Part shown: positions 1 through 8,295 of the stretch, piece after piece | Position numbering within the stretch: position 1 is the stretch's first letter | Layout: every line of letters begins with the position of its first letter | Assembly (NCBI GenBank): GCA_947486405.1 | Contig: CANKTL010000001.1 | Location: forward strand, 1 to 48,963 | Direction: 5' to 3' | DNA: 48,963 nt | From: a bacterium | GTDB taxonomy: Bacteria; Margulisbacteria; Marinamargulisbacteria; CANKTL01 | Program-made: the position numbers and the translations under genes | The notes under the pieces: model-generated | The model's database searches: none | Told to the model about the DNA's origin: nothing | The model's input: only the letters and a program-made list of their open reading frames with translations

Positions 1-245
1 AAGAGCTTAAAAAAATGACCCTAACCGAAACCGGCGTCGACGGATTGATGTCCGTAACCGTGAACGGTGAGCTTGAAATTACGGCATTATCAATTGACGA
101 AAAATTATTGGATCCCAAAAATCGCGGCAAACTTGAAGCGGCCGCAATTAAATTGGTTAATAAAGCATTACAACGAGCCAAAGGCGAAGCCACTAACCGA
201 TTGACCAAGATTACAGGCGGGCTAAACATTCCAGGTCTGACCTAG
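1..245 (+). CDS. ybaB: YbaB/EbfC-family nucleoid-associated protein, 5' end cut by window edge
   Basis: The frame stays open upstream of the listed Met back to position 3. The C-terminal tail KALQRAKGEATNRLTKITGGLNIPGL is typical of YbaB/EbfC. It lies directly upstream of recR, a conserved pairing. Confidence 0.8.
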   Translation, partial: ELKKMTLTETGVDGLMSVTVNGELEITALSIDEKLLDPKNRGKLEAAAIKLVNKALQRAKGEATNRLTKITGGLNIPGLT

Positions 246-252
246 TCGGCCG

Positions 253-861
253 GTGCACCAAAACCCTGTCCAGCCGCTGATCGATCAACTGTCCGCATTA
301 CCGGGAATCGGCCAAAAATCCGCCGAGCGATTGGCCTATTTTTTTCTGTCGTTGCCGCAAGCCGACGTGGGCCGATTTACCGAAACGCTGACCCATATTC
401 GGCGTCATATTCGGTATTGTGAGCGTTGTTTTAACTTATCGCTTAGCCAATATTGCAGCATCTGCGAAGACACATCCCGCGAAGCCAACGTGCTCTGTGT
501 GGTGGCGCAACCCAAAGACATTGGGGCAATTGAACGCATGCGCCAGTTCCAAGGGCGGTATCATGTATTAGGGGGATTGATTTCTCCCCTCGACGGCATT
601 CACCCGGAATTGCTGCGAATCAATGAGTTGCAACGGCGCTTAAGCGAAGAACCAGTTAAAGAAATTATTTTAGCCATTAATCCCACGGTTGAAGGAGACG
701 CCACTATTTTGTATTTATCCAGCGTGCTTCGGCAATATTCCGTTACTCTTTCTCAATTGGCTTACGGATTGCCGATGGGCGCTAACATCGACTATACCGA
801 TGAAATTACCCTCCGTCTGGCTTTTGACGGAAGAAACCCTATTCAAGGAGCCCCCCAATGA
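253..861 (+). CDS. recR: Recombination protein RecR
   Basis: GTG start. Helix-hairpin-helix LPGIGQKSAERLAYF, Cys4 zinc finger CERCFNLS...CSICED, and a Toprim-like segment NVLCVVAQPKDIGAIE. The 202-aa length fits RecR. Confidence 0.93.
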   Translation: MHQNPVQPLIDQLSALPGIGQKSAERLAYFFLSLPQADVGRFTETLTHIRRHIRYCERCFNLSLSQYCSICEDTSREANVLCVVAQPKDIGAIERMRQFQGRYHVLGGLISPLDGIHPELLRINELQRRLSEEPVKEIILAINPTVEGDATILYLSSVLRQYSVTLSQLAYGLPMGANIDYTDEITLRLAFDGRNPIQGAPQ

Positions 862-1139
862 CCAAAACAGAACTCATCCAACTCCTCGCAGAGCGTCATT
901 CAGTGCGTAAAAGTGCCATTAAACTATTGATTGAAGATACCTTTGATTTAATTTCCGAATCACTGGTGAAAGGCGAATCTGTACGAATTGTGGGCTTCGG
1001 TGCCTTTGAAGTGCGCCGCCGAATCGCCCGCGAAGGACGTAACCCCAGGACGGGTGAGAAAATTCGACTCAAAGCCACCCGTACACCCTCATTTCTGCCC
1101 GGAAATGCGCTGAAAAAAGCGGTGAAAGGAAAAAAATGA
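858..1139 (+). CDS. HU/IHF-family DNA-binding protein
   Basis: 93 aa with the hallmark arm GFGAFEVRRRIAREGRNPRTGEKIRLKATRTPSF. ATGA overlaps on both sides, with the recR stop and with the next gene's start. Confidence 0.9.
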   Translation: MTKTELIQLLAERHSVRKSAIKLLIEDTFDLISESLVKGESVRIVGFGAFEVRRRIAREGRNPRTGEKIRLKATRTPSFLPGNALKKAVKGKK

Positions 1140-2665
1140 ATCCTCCTATTAAAGATATTTATGATGATTTAGAACTACTTTTAGAGGTGCTTCCTGAACG
1201 GGTGCGGGACTATTTAAAGTCGCACTATCGCTTGTCTGAACTGATCGAAATTGTGTTGGATTTGGGTGCCAAGCCCGAGGTTCGCTTTTTGGAATCAGAT
1301 TGCAAAATCACTGATTTGGACGAGGTGACGCAAGACGAAATTAATGACGTGGTGATCCACATTGGCAAATTTAATGCGCAAAATCGGGCGGGTATTGGCC
1401 GAACTTTGCACCGCATTTCGGCGATTCGAAATCGGGAAGGCAAAATCATCGGATTAACCTGTAGGGTAGGGCGCGCGGTTGTGGGTACCATCGAAATTAT
1501 TCGAGATGTGGTAGAAAGCGGCAAAAATATTTTGCTAATTGGACCACCGGGAATTGGAAAAACCACCAAATTGAGAGAAATTGCGCGAGTATTATCCGAT
1601 GAATTCCGCAAACGCGTGATCATCGTCGATACCTCTAACGAAATTGCCGGGGACGGCGACATTCCGCATCCCGGTATTGGAACCGCTCGCCGCATGCAGG
1701 TGCCAACCCCAAGCGAGCAGCACGATGTCATGATCGAAGCGGTCGAAAACCATATGCCGCAGATTATCGTCATCGATGAAATCGGGACCGAGGCAGAAAC
1801 AGCCGCCGCCCGAACCATTGCTGAACGCGGTGTACAGTTAGTCGCCACGGCGCACGGCCAAACCCTTGAAAACATTATCAAAAATCCGACCCTGGCTGAC
1901 TTGGTTGGCGGTGTGCAAAGCGTGACATTGGGCGACGAAGAAGCCAAGTTTCGCGGCACCCAAAAAGCGGTACTCGAACGAAAAGGTCCCCCTACGTTTA
2001 CCATCTTGGTCGAAATCCAAGACAAAGACGATTTCGCCATCTACCCCGACATCTCCCACGCTGTTGATGACTTCCTCCGTCACGAAACCCTGCATCCTGA
2101 GTTGCGCAGCCGCACCACCGAAGGCATTCAAATCACCAAGCCGCATACCGACACCACTGAACTTGCCCCCACGCCCACGATTAAACAGGATAGCCAAGCC
2201 GGCCTCAAATCCTGCAACGTCTATGCCTTCGGTCTCAGCAGCGAACGCATTCATTCGGCCATCCACACCCTTAATATCCCGGCCAAAGTGGTGAACACGA
2301 TTTCCGAGGCCGATTTAGTGCTTTGCCTCAAAGATAAAATGGGCGCCCGATCCAAATTCGCCCAGTTAATGAAGGGCCAAACCACGCCCGTTCACGTGCT
2401 TAAAAAGAATACGTTCGAAGCCATCCTCAACTTTTTCCGCTATTACTACAAATTAACCGATTCCCCGGATGAAGAAGTCGACGAAGCCCTGCGCGAAATC
2501 GAAAAAATCTGCACCAAAGTCGCGCAAGAAAAACGCGTCATGGATGCCACCGTGCGGCCAGAGTCGATTCGAAAAATGCAAATGGAGTACGTCCGCAAAC
2601 TTATGATGAATGCCACCGACGTGGGCGAAGAGGGCAATAGAAGGGTACGCGTATATCCAAGATGA
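1136..2665 (+). CDS. SpoIIIAA/Ycf45-like P-loop ATPase with C-terminal R3H-like domain
   Basis: Walker A GPPGIGKTT and Walker B IIVIDEIGTEAE. The segment VIIVDTSNEIAGDGDIPHPGIGTARRMQV is typical of the SpoIIIAA/Ycf45 family. The C-terminal IRKMQMEYVRKL...GEEGNRRVRVYP resembles an R3H nucleic-acid-binding module. Confidence 0.75.
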   Translation: MNPPIKDIYDDLELLLEVLPERVRDYLKSHYRLSELIEIVLDLGAKPEVRFLESDCKITDLDEVTQDEINDVVIHIGKFNAQNRAGIGRTLHRISAIRNREGKIIGLTCRVGRAVVGTIEIIRDVVESGKNILLIGPPGIGKTTKLREIARVLSDEFRKRVIIVDTSNEIAGDGDIPHPGIGTARRMQVPTPSEQHDVMIEAVENHMPQIIVIDEIGTEAETAAARTIAERGVQLVATAHGQTLENIIKNPTLADLVGGVQSVTLGDEEAKFRGTQKAVLERKGPPTFTILVEIQDKDDFAIYPDISHAVDDFLRHETLHPELRSRTTEGIQITKPHTDTTELAPTPTIKQDSQAGLKSCNVYAFGLSSERIHSAIHTLNIPAKVVNTISEADLVLCLKDKMGARSKFAQLMKGQTTPVHVLKKNTFEAILNFFRYYYKLTDSPDEEVDEALREIEKICTKVAQEKRVMDATVRPESIRKMQMEYVRKLMMNATDVGEEGNRRVRVYPR

Positions 2666-2776
2666 GACAGTCTCTTCATCGCGATCTTGCCCATTTTCGC
2701 GCCGGTCATTTATACCGCTCCGCATTTGCGCCGCTCCTTGATAAATTCCCTTTGCGAGAAATGGGCAATCTCATCG

Positions 2777-3418
2777 ATGGATAGGCTGTCTGCAACTAGT
2801 CCCGGTGTATTTATCTCCTTCGAAGGCGTCGAAGGTGCCGGAAAAAGTACCCAATTAAAAAAAATTTCTGACCATTTGATTGGCCACGGCCACGATGTAC
2901 TCATGACCAAAGAACCTGGCGGCACGCAGCTGGGCCAAGTGCTTCGTCAGCAATTGCTGGATCCCAATCAAGACATTCGCGGTGAATTTACCGAGATTTT
3001 ACTGTTTACTGCCGACCGCCTTGAGCACGTCGAACAAGTCATTAAACCCGCGCTGGCTGGGGGCCAAATCGTGCTTTGCGATCGCTATGTGGACTCCACT
3101 TTTGCCTATCAAGCCGGCGGTCGCCAAGTCCGAGAAGATGTTGTGCGTATGCTCACGGGCATGGCCCCCATTTTGCCGCAACTCACCTTGTTATTTGATT
3201 GCCCTGTTGAAGAAGGTCTTGAACGCGTCAAAGGCCGCGGTAAAATGGACCGCTTTGAACATGAAGCACTTGCCTTTCACAATCGGGTCCGCGATGCCTA
3301 CCTCAAAATGGCCCAAGAAAACCCAAACCGTATTCAAATTATTTCCACGCAAAACCGCTCCGTCGAGGCTATATTTGCCGAGGTTTTGGCAAAGTTTTCT
3401 GCCGTTATGATAGGATAA
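2777..3418 (+). CDS. tmk: Thymidylate kinase
   Basis: P-loop FISFEGVEGAGKSTQ shortly after ATG 2777, DRY motif (CDRYVDS), and a lid-like GRGKMDRFE. The ORF-track start at 2687 is TTG and adds 30 non-conserved residues, so ATG 2777 is preferred. Confidence 0.9.
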   Translation: MDRLSATSPGVFISFEGVEGAGKSTQLKKISDHLIGHGHDVLMTKEPGGTQLGQVLRQQLLDPNQDIRGEFTEILLFTADRLEHVEQVIKPALAGGQIVLCDRYVDSTFAYQAGGRQVREDVVRMLTGMAPILPQLTLLFDCPVEEGLERVKGRGKMDRFEHEALAFHNRVRDAYLKMAQENPNRIQIISTQNRSVEAIFAEVLAKFSAVMIG

Positions 3419-3421
3419 ATC

Positions 3422-4270
3422 ATGATCAAAAACGGGGTCGGTTTTGGATTTTTAATAGTACTTCTGAGTCTTAGTGGTTGTTTGAATTCCCTAAAGTCAG
3501 TCAGCGACGAACTCAAATCAAGCATTAATTTAAGCCCAACTCAAAACGCGATTCAAGTAGCAGAAGTCACCGCGAATGCAGGGGTGTTTGTGGACTTGGC
3601 CGGTCTGGCCTCCAATTATTTTTTACATTCAAATGATGACTCAAATGTAGCGGTGTCGTTAGGCACCGGCGCCACCGAAAACCGTTTTGTGGCCGTGGGT
3701 GCCAGTCGCGCCTATCAAGAACGGTCCGCCGAAACCGGTATGGGGGATGAGGATGGGGAGACCGTATTGTTTGGCGATACGGTGTCAGGAAACGTATTCA
3801 GGGCGGACAGTCCCTCTGCCAACCCGATTGGCACCTTCGTATCGCATCACAAGACCCCTCAAGGCGGTAGTCTGCAATACACCGAGGCCCAAATCGGCAC
3901 GAAGTTAATTCGGTCCTACGCCGAAGCATCGTCAGCAAATGGCATCTGCCGCGTATTTATTAAATCCGAGCTCCAATCCACCACGCTGAACGGTACCCAA
4001 GAACTCTCCCTGACCTGCAATACGGCGCAAGGCTTGTTTACTGTGGTGTCTTGGAAAATGACCCTGAAGGGCGATTTCAACGCAGATGGCACCGCCGATA
4101 CCTTGGTGGGCAAATACGAATCCACGCTGGGAGCGTTGGTGATACGAAATTCAAGCGATGGCATTTTATATCAGTATTTTCTGGTCCTGACTCCCGCCAA
4201 CCTGGGGAGTAACGGCATAATTTTAGGCACAAATCTGTCTCAATTAGGCGGAACAACAACTATAGAGTGA
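3422..4270 (+). CDS. Hypothetical lipoprotein
   Basis: N-terminal signal peptide with lipobox LSLSGC. I recognise no other motif. It starts 3 nt after the tmk stop. Confidence 0.7.
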   Translation: MIKNGVGFGFLIVLLSLSGCLNSLKSVSDELKSSINLSPTQNAIQVAEVTANAGVFVDLAGLASNYFLHSNDDSNVAVSLGTGATENRFVAVGASRAYQERSAETGMGDEDGETVLFGDTVSGNVFRADSPSANPIGTFVSHHKTPQGGSLQYTEAQIGTKLIRSYAEASSANGICRVFIKSELQSTTLNGTQELSLTCNTAQGLFTVVSWKMTLKGDFNADGTADTLVGKYESTLGALVIRNSSDGILYQYFLVLTPANLGSNGIILGTNLSQLGGTTTIE

Positions 4271-4336
4271 AATTCACCCCCTACCCAATCCGATAACTAA
4301 TCATAAGAAACTTTTTAAGTCGGGGAGGGCTAAAAT

Positions 4337-4519
4337 ATGTTTAAAGGGTGGATTGGTCTTTTTGTTATTGTGTCCGTGTTAGGGTTGCCGGGTTGCACGC
4401 ACGCACTAAAAAGCGTGGTTGAAATCCCTGTTCAAATCAATTCAAATACAGAGGCGGCAGATGCGGCGATCATTGAAGCCTTCATTCTGGACGAAATGGC
4501 GACCACTTCGCAAAAGTAA
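4337..4519 (+). CDS. Small hypothetical lipoprotein (60 aa)
   Basis: Strong SD GGGGAGGG about 7 nt upstream of the ATG. Signal peptide with lipobox LGLPGC. Confidence 0.6.
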   Translation: MFKGWIGLFVIVSVLGLPGCTHALKSVVEIPVQINSNTEAADAAIIEAFILDEMATTSQK

Positions 4520-4571
4520 ACGCTAGAAAGTTTATAGTAAAAAAGTTCCGGCACTTTGAGATCTCAGCTCT

Positions 4572-4600
4572 TTCGTAATATCCCGGGTTCCGTTTATAAT
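4572..4600 (+). promoter_or_regulatory. Candidate sigma70-type promoter for dapB (perfect -10 TATAAT at 4595-4600, weak -35)
   Basis: TATAAT lies 9 nt before the dapB ATG (4610), implying a leaderless or near-leaderless mRNA. The -35 region TTCGTA is poor. Confidence 0.3.
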
Positions 4601-4609
4601 GCGGGACTT

Positions 4610-5359
4610 ATGATTACGGTTATTGTAAACGGAGCCAAAGGAAAAATGGGTCAAGCGGTGGTTACTGCTGTCTCTGATGCCGACGGCATGAGCGTGGTCG
4701 CAGAGCTCGATATGGGCGATAAGCTGACCTACACGATTCAAGATACCCAGGCCAAAGTGGTCGTGGATTTTACCCATCCGTCTGCCGTTAAAAAAAATGT
4801 CATCGAAATATTGAATGCCGGGGCGTATCCCGTTGTGGGTACCACCGGTTTATCTGACGCCGATTTGGCTGAAATTGATGCCCTGGCGAAGGCCAAAGGT
4901 CTGGCGGCTGCAGTGTGTCCCAACTTTGCAATCGGTGCCGTATTAATGATGCAGGCGGCTGCGCAAATCGGTAAACATATGCCGCAGTGCGAAATCATTG
5001 AATTTCATCACAATAACAAGGCCGATGCGCCATCGGGTACGGCGATTAAAACAGCGGAATTGATTGCGATCAGCAACCCAGAAATTAACAAGGCGCTAGT
5101 AGACCGCACCGAAACACATATCGTGCCTGAAACGCGTGGCGGCAAAAAAGCCAACATTCCCATCCACGCCGTTCGCCTGCAAGGGTTTGTGGCCAGCCAA
5201 GAAATTATATTCGGTGGTTTGGGCCAAACCCTGACTTTGCGTCACGACACCATCAACCGCGAGTCATTTATGCCAGGCGTGGTGCTGTGTGTGCGTAAGA
5301 TTCACAGCAAAACCGGCTTAATTTACGGCCTCGAAAACTTTTTAAACGAAACGGAATAA
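4610..5359 (+). CDS. dapB: 4-hydroxy-tetrahydrodipicolinate reductase
   Basis: N-terminus MITVIVNGAKGKMGQ is the Rossmann motif of DapB. Signature EFHHNNKADAPSGTA. The ORF-track TTG start at 4556 adds 18 unconserved residues. Confidence 0.92.
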   Translation: MITVIVNGAKGKMGQAVVTAVSDADGMSVVAELDMGDKLTYTIQDTQAKVVVDFTHPSAVKKNVIEILNAGAYPVVGTTGLSDADLAEIDALAKAKGLAAAVCPNFAIGAVLMMQAAAQIGKHMPQCEIIEFHHNNKADAPSGTAIKTAELIAISNPEINKALVDRTETHIVPETRGGKKANIPIHAVRLQGFVASQEIIFGGLGQTLTLRHDTINRESFMPGVVLCVRKIHSKTGLIYGLENFLNETE

Positions 5360-5362
5360 CTC

Positions 5363-6385
5363 ATGAAAAAATATCGCGTCGCTGTTGTCGGAGCTACCGG
5401 CGTAGTGGGTAAAGAAATTATCACCATTTTAGAAGACCGTAAGTTCCCAGTGAGTGAATTAGTGCCATTGGCGTCTGAGCGCTCAGCGGGCGCCGAAGTT
5501 GTGTTCCACGGCGACTCGGTAGAAGTGCTGGCATTAGGGCCAGATTCTTTTAAGGGCGTTGATATTGCTCTATTTAGTGCTGGTGGATCGGTGTCCGCCG
5601 AATATTGTCCGATTGCCGCTAAATCAGGTGCGGTGTGCATTGATAATACGTCCCATTTTCGGATGGACCCCACAGTGCCTCTCGTCGTGCCCGAAGTAAA
5701 TGCCGACGCCATTAAGCAGCACAAAGGCATTATTGCGAATCCCAATTGCTCAACTGCGCAATTGGTAGTGGCCTTAAAACCAATTTATGACGCTGCTGGC
5801 ATTGAGCGCATCGTTATTTCAACCTATCAATCCGTTTCAGGAGCCGGAACAGCGGGCTTAGACGAATTAGAATCCCAAACCCGCGCAAATTTGCGCGGCG
5901 TCGATGCCCCGCCTGAAAAATTCTCTCATCACATTGCCTTCAATTTGATTCCTCAAATCGATAGCTTTTTAGAAAATGGCTACACCAAAGAAGAAATTAA
6001 AATGGTGAATGAAATTAAAAAGATTTTGGGCGATGACAAAATTCGGGTTACGGCGACCGCAGTGCGCGTTCCTGTATTTGTATCACATAGCGAATCGGTG
6101 AATATTCAAACCAAAAAACCAATTACAGCCGAAAAAGTGCGTGAATTACTCGAAGCTGCCCCTGGTGTTCAGGTGTTAGACAATCCCGCAGAAGGCGTTT
6201 ATCCGACTCCAAGGAACGTAGCCGGCGAGGACGATGTGTTTGTTGGCCGAATCCGAAAAGACATTTCGCAAGAAAACGGAATCGAGTTCTGGTGCGTCGG
6301 CGATAACCTCCGCAAGGGTGCTGCGCTAAACGCCGTGCAGATCGCAGAAGCGTGGTGTGATCAAAACACGACTAAACCGCAATAG
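5363..6385 (+). CDS. asd: Aspartate-semialdehyde dehydrogenase
   Basis: N-terminal VAVVGATGVVG and active-site context IIANPNCSTAQL. The 340-aa length and the position next to dapB also fit. Confidence 0.93.
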   Translation: MKKYRVAVVGATGVVGKEIITILEDRKFPVSELVPLASERSAGAEVVFHGDSVEVLALGPDSFKGVDIALFSAGGSVSAEYCPIAAKSGAVCIDNTSHFRMDPTVPLVVPEVNADAIKQHKGIIANPNCSTAQLVVALKPIYDAAGIERIVISTYQSVSGAGTAGLDELESQTRANLRGVDAPPEKFSHHIAFNLIPQIDSFLENGYTKEEIKMVNEIKKILGDDKIRVTATAVRVPVFVSHSESVNIQTKKPITAEKVRELLEAAPGVQVLDNPAEGVYPTPRNVAGEDDVFVGRIRKDISQENGIEFWCVGDNLRKGAALNAVQIAEAWCDQNTTKPQ

Positions 6386-6415
6386 AATGCGGAAAAGTCT
6401 TGACTAAACCGCAAT
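6370..6415 (+). repeat. 14-bp perfect direct repeat GACTAAACCGCAAT (6370-6383 and 6402-6415)
   Basis: Read directly. Copy 1 covers the last asd codons. Copy 2 lies 32 bp downstream and contains the -35 of the next gene's promoter. Confidence 0.9.
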
Positions 6416-6427
6416 CCGTTTCATAAT
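6400..6427 (+). promoter_or_regulatory. Candidate sigma70 promoter TTGACT-16 nt-CATAAT for the DUF4143 ATPase gene
   Basis: -35 TTGACT at 6400-6405 and -10 CATAAT at 6422-6427. Only 7 nt separate the -10 from ATG 6435 and there is no SD, which suggests a leaderless transcript. Confidence 0.5.
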
Positions 6428-6434
6428 AGTCGGT

Positions 6435-7556
6435 ATGAAGCGATTTCAATCCGAGCAAATTTTGGCTGATTTAGCAGTCAAAATCGTTATTTTGGTGGGT
6501 CCACGACAAGTCGGGAAGACGTGGTTGGCCAAATCACTGATGGCGAAGTATCAAAATCCGCTTTACTTGAATTATGACCGTCTTCAAGACCGAGAGATCA
6601 TGATGGCCGAAAGCTGGCTACCTGAGACCGATTTGTTGATTTTAGACGAGCTTCACAAGAAAAAAGGCTGGAAGAATTATCTGAAAGGACTGTTTGACAC
6701 CCGGCCCCCGCATCTTCACATACTGGTAACCGGAAGTGCACGTTTAGACACGTTTGCACAATCCGGGGATGCCTTAACAGGTCGGTATTTTACGCATCAT
6801 TTAATGCCATTTTCACCGGCCGAATTGGCGAAGGTGGGAGAGAATGATCAACTTGACCGGCTGATTGAACAAGGCGGCTTTCCAGAACCATTTTTAGCCC
6901 AAACAGATCAGCATGCAAACCGATGGCGATTAGAATATGTGAACGGACTCATAAGGCAAGATATTCTTAATTTCGAGTCAATTTTGGAATTAAATGCGAT
7001 TTCACAGCTAATTGAATTGCTGAAGACGCGAATTGGGAGCCTCATTTCATACCAATCTCTTTCTGAAGACCTGGATATTTCACCCAACACAGTCAAAAAA
7101 TATTTGGCGATTTTAGAATCACTTTATATCATTTTTCGGGTGTCGCCGTATGCCAAAAATGTGGCCAGAAGCCTTAAAAAAGGATCCAAATATTACTTTT
7201 TTGACAATGGATTGATAGAAAACGATCCTGGGAAAAAATTTGAAAATTTCTTGGCCAATATCCTCATTAAACACTGCGGCTATTTACAAGATGTAATGGG
7301 CCAGTCTACCGATCTTTATTATTTGCGAACCAAGGATGGAAAAGAGATCGATTTTTGTATCTGTCAAAATAACAGCGTCATTCAAATGATTGAAGCGAAG
7401 GTGTCAGATGATACAGTGCCTAATTCACTCTTATATTTTTCAAACAAGTATGGCTATCCGGCAACTCAAGTGGTTTGGCACCTTAAAAGAGAGCGTCAGG
7501 TAGGCCCGATTTCCATCGTCTCGGCCAAACGGTTTGCAGAAACCCTGGCGCTTTAG
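6435..7556 (+). CDS. AAA-family ATPase with DUF4143-type C-terminal domain
   Basis: Walker A GPRQVGKT and Walker B LLILDELH. The C-terminal portion has the KYYFFDNGL motif typical of AAA_14/DUF4143 proteins. Confidence 0.8.
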   Translation: MKRFQSEQILADLAVKIVILVGPRQVGKTWLAKSLMAKYQNPLYLNYDRLQDREIMMAESWLPETDLLILDELHKKKGWKNYLKGLFDTRPPHLHILVTGSARLDTFAQSGDALTGRYFTHHLMPFSPAELAKVGENDQLDRLIEQGGFPEPFLAQTDQHANRWRLEYVNGLIRQDILNFESILELNAISQLIELLKTRIGSLISYQSLSEDLDISPNTVKKYLAILESLYIIFRVSPYAKNVARSLKKGSKYYFFDNGLIENDPGKKFENFLANILIKHCGYLQDVMGQSTDLYYLRTKDGKEIDFCICQNNSVIQMIEAKVSDDTVPNSLLYFSNKYGYPATQVVWHLKRERQVGPISIVSAKRFAETLAL

Positions 7557-7567
7557 ATTGAGTACAA

Positions 7568-8224
7568 ATGATGGTTTATCGGCTGCGTAGCCTTATCTTT
7601 AAAATTCGGGCCTGGATCTACCGCCACTACACCCCCAAAATTCGCCGATACTATGACAAAGCGATTGCGCGCCATGGCGATAGCATTTCGTCCTTAGGCT
7701 GGAAATCACATTATTCGCAATTCACCCGGTTTTCCGCGCTGTTTTCGCAATGGACCATTGAACCCACCGACCATGTTTTAGATGTGGGCTGCGGGTTTGG
7801 GGATTTGCTGGAGTATTTTTCAGACGAATCAATTCACGCTCAGTATACGGGCATCGATATCAGTGCTCCGATGATTGAAACCGCACGAAGCACCCACCCC
7901 AATGGCCAATTCAGGGTCGGTGATCTATTTCATGAATCTCAGCCCGTTGACTATGTTGTCGCCAGCGGGGCCTTTAGTTTGCATACGCGCGACCAATACT
8001 ATTATTTAGACGCGGCAATCGCGAAAATGCTGAAATTGGCGAAAAAAGGGGTCTCTTTTAACCTTTTATCACACCACGCGCCTACCAAAGACCGTGCAGA
8101 CGATTTGTTTTTCTACTATGACCCTAGCAAAGTGGCCAAAATCGTGGCCCGCCATCGCGCAAAATGGGTGATGCTTCATCATTATTTACCCAACGATTTT
8201 ACAGTCGTTTTATATAAGGCCTAA
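7568..8224 (+). CDS. Class I SAM-dependent methyltransferase (small-molecule/unknown substrate type)
   Basis: Motif I VLDVGCGFGDL and the fold-typical spacing to GIDIS. There is no (D/N/S)PP(Y/F) DNA-methyltransferase motif. Confidence 0.8.
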   Translation: MMVYRLRSLIFKIRAWIYRHYTPKIRRYYDKAIARHGDSISSLGWKSHYSQFTRFSALFSQWTIEPTDHVLDVGCGFGDLLEYFSDESIHAQYTGIDISAPMIETARSTHPNGQFRVGDLFHESQPVDYVVASGAFSLHTRDQYYYLDAAIAKMLKLAKKGVSFNLLSHHAPTKDRADDLFFYYDPSKVAKIVARHRAKWVMLHHYLPNDFTVVLYKA

Positions 8225-8245
8225 CGGAGGAAAATGCAGGGTCGG

Positions 8246-8254
8246 TGATATAAT
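8246..8254 (+). promoter_or_regulatory. Extended -10 promoter element TGATATAAT
   Basis: TGnTATAAT is read at 8246-8254, 41 nt upstream of GTG 8296. There is no good -35, as is usual for extended -10 promoters. Confidence 0.45.
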
Positions 8255-8295
8255 CGGTAGGTAAGACTTTGTGATGATATGCAGATCAGTCTAAG

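Noticed and set aside
1225-2266. Minus-strand ORFs of 271 and 142 aa inside the R3H ATPase gene
   Set aside because: They lie entirely antisense to a gene with clear Walker motifs. Their composition is low-complexity and Ser/Arg/Ala-rich, typical of shadow ORFs.
2687-2776. N-terminal extensions suggested by the ORF track for tmk (2687), dapB (4556), coxC (21481), actE (16056) and PAP2 (39053)
   Set aside because: The extensions begin at TTG or lie inside the upstream gene. Conserved family N-termini begin at the downstream ATGs (2777, 4610, 21544, 16062, 39008), several of which form ATGA-type overlaps.
7568-8224. Methyltransferase as part of a restriction-modification or other DNA-modification defence system
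   Set aside because: It lacks the (D/N/S)PP(Y/F) or PCQ DNA-methyltransferase motifs and is only 218 aa. No nuclease or specificity gene lies adjacent.
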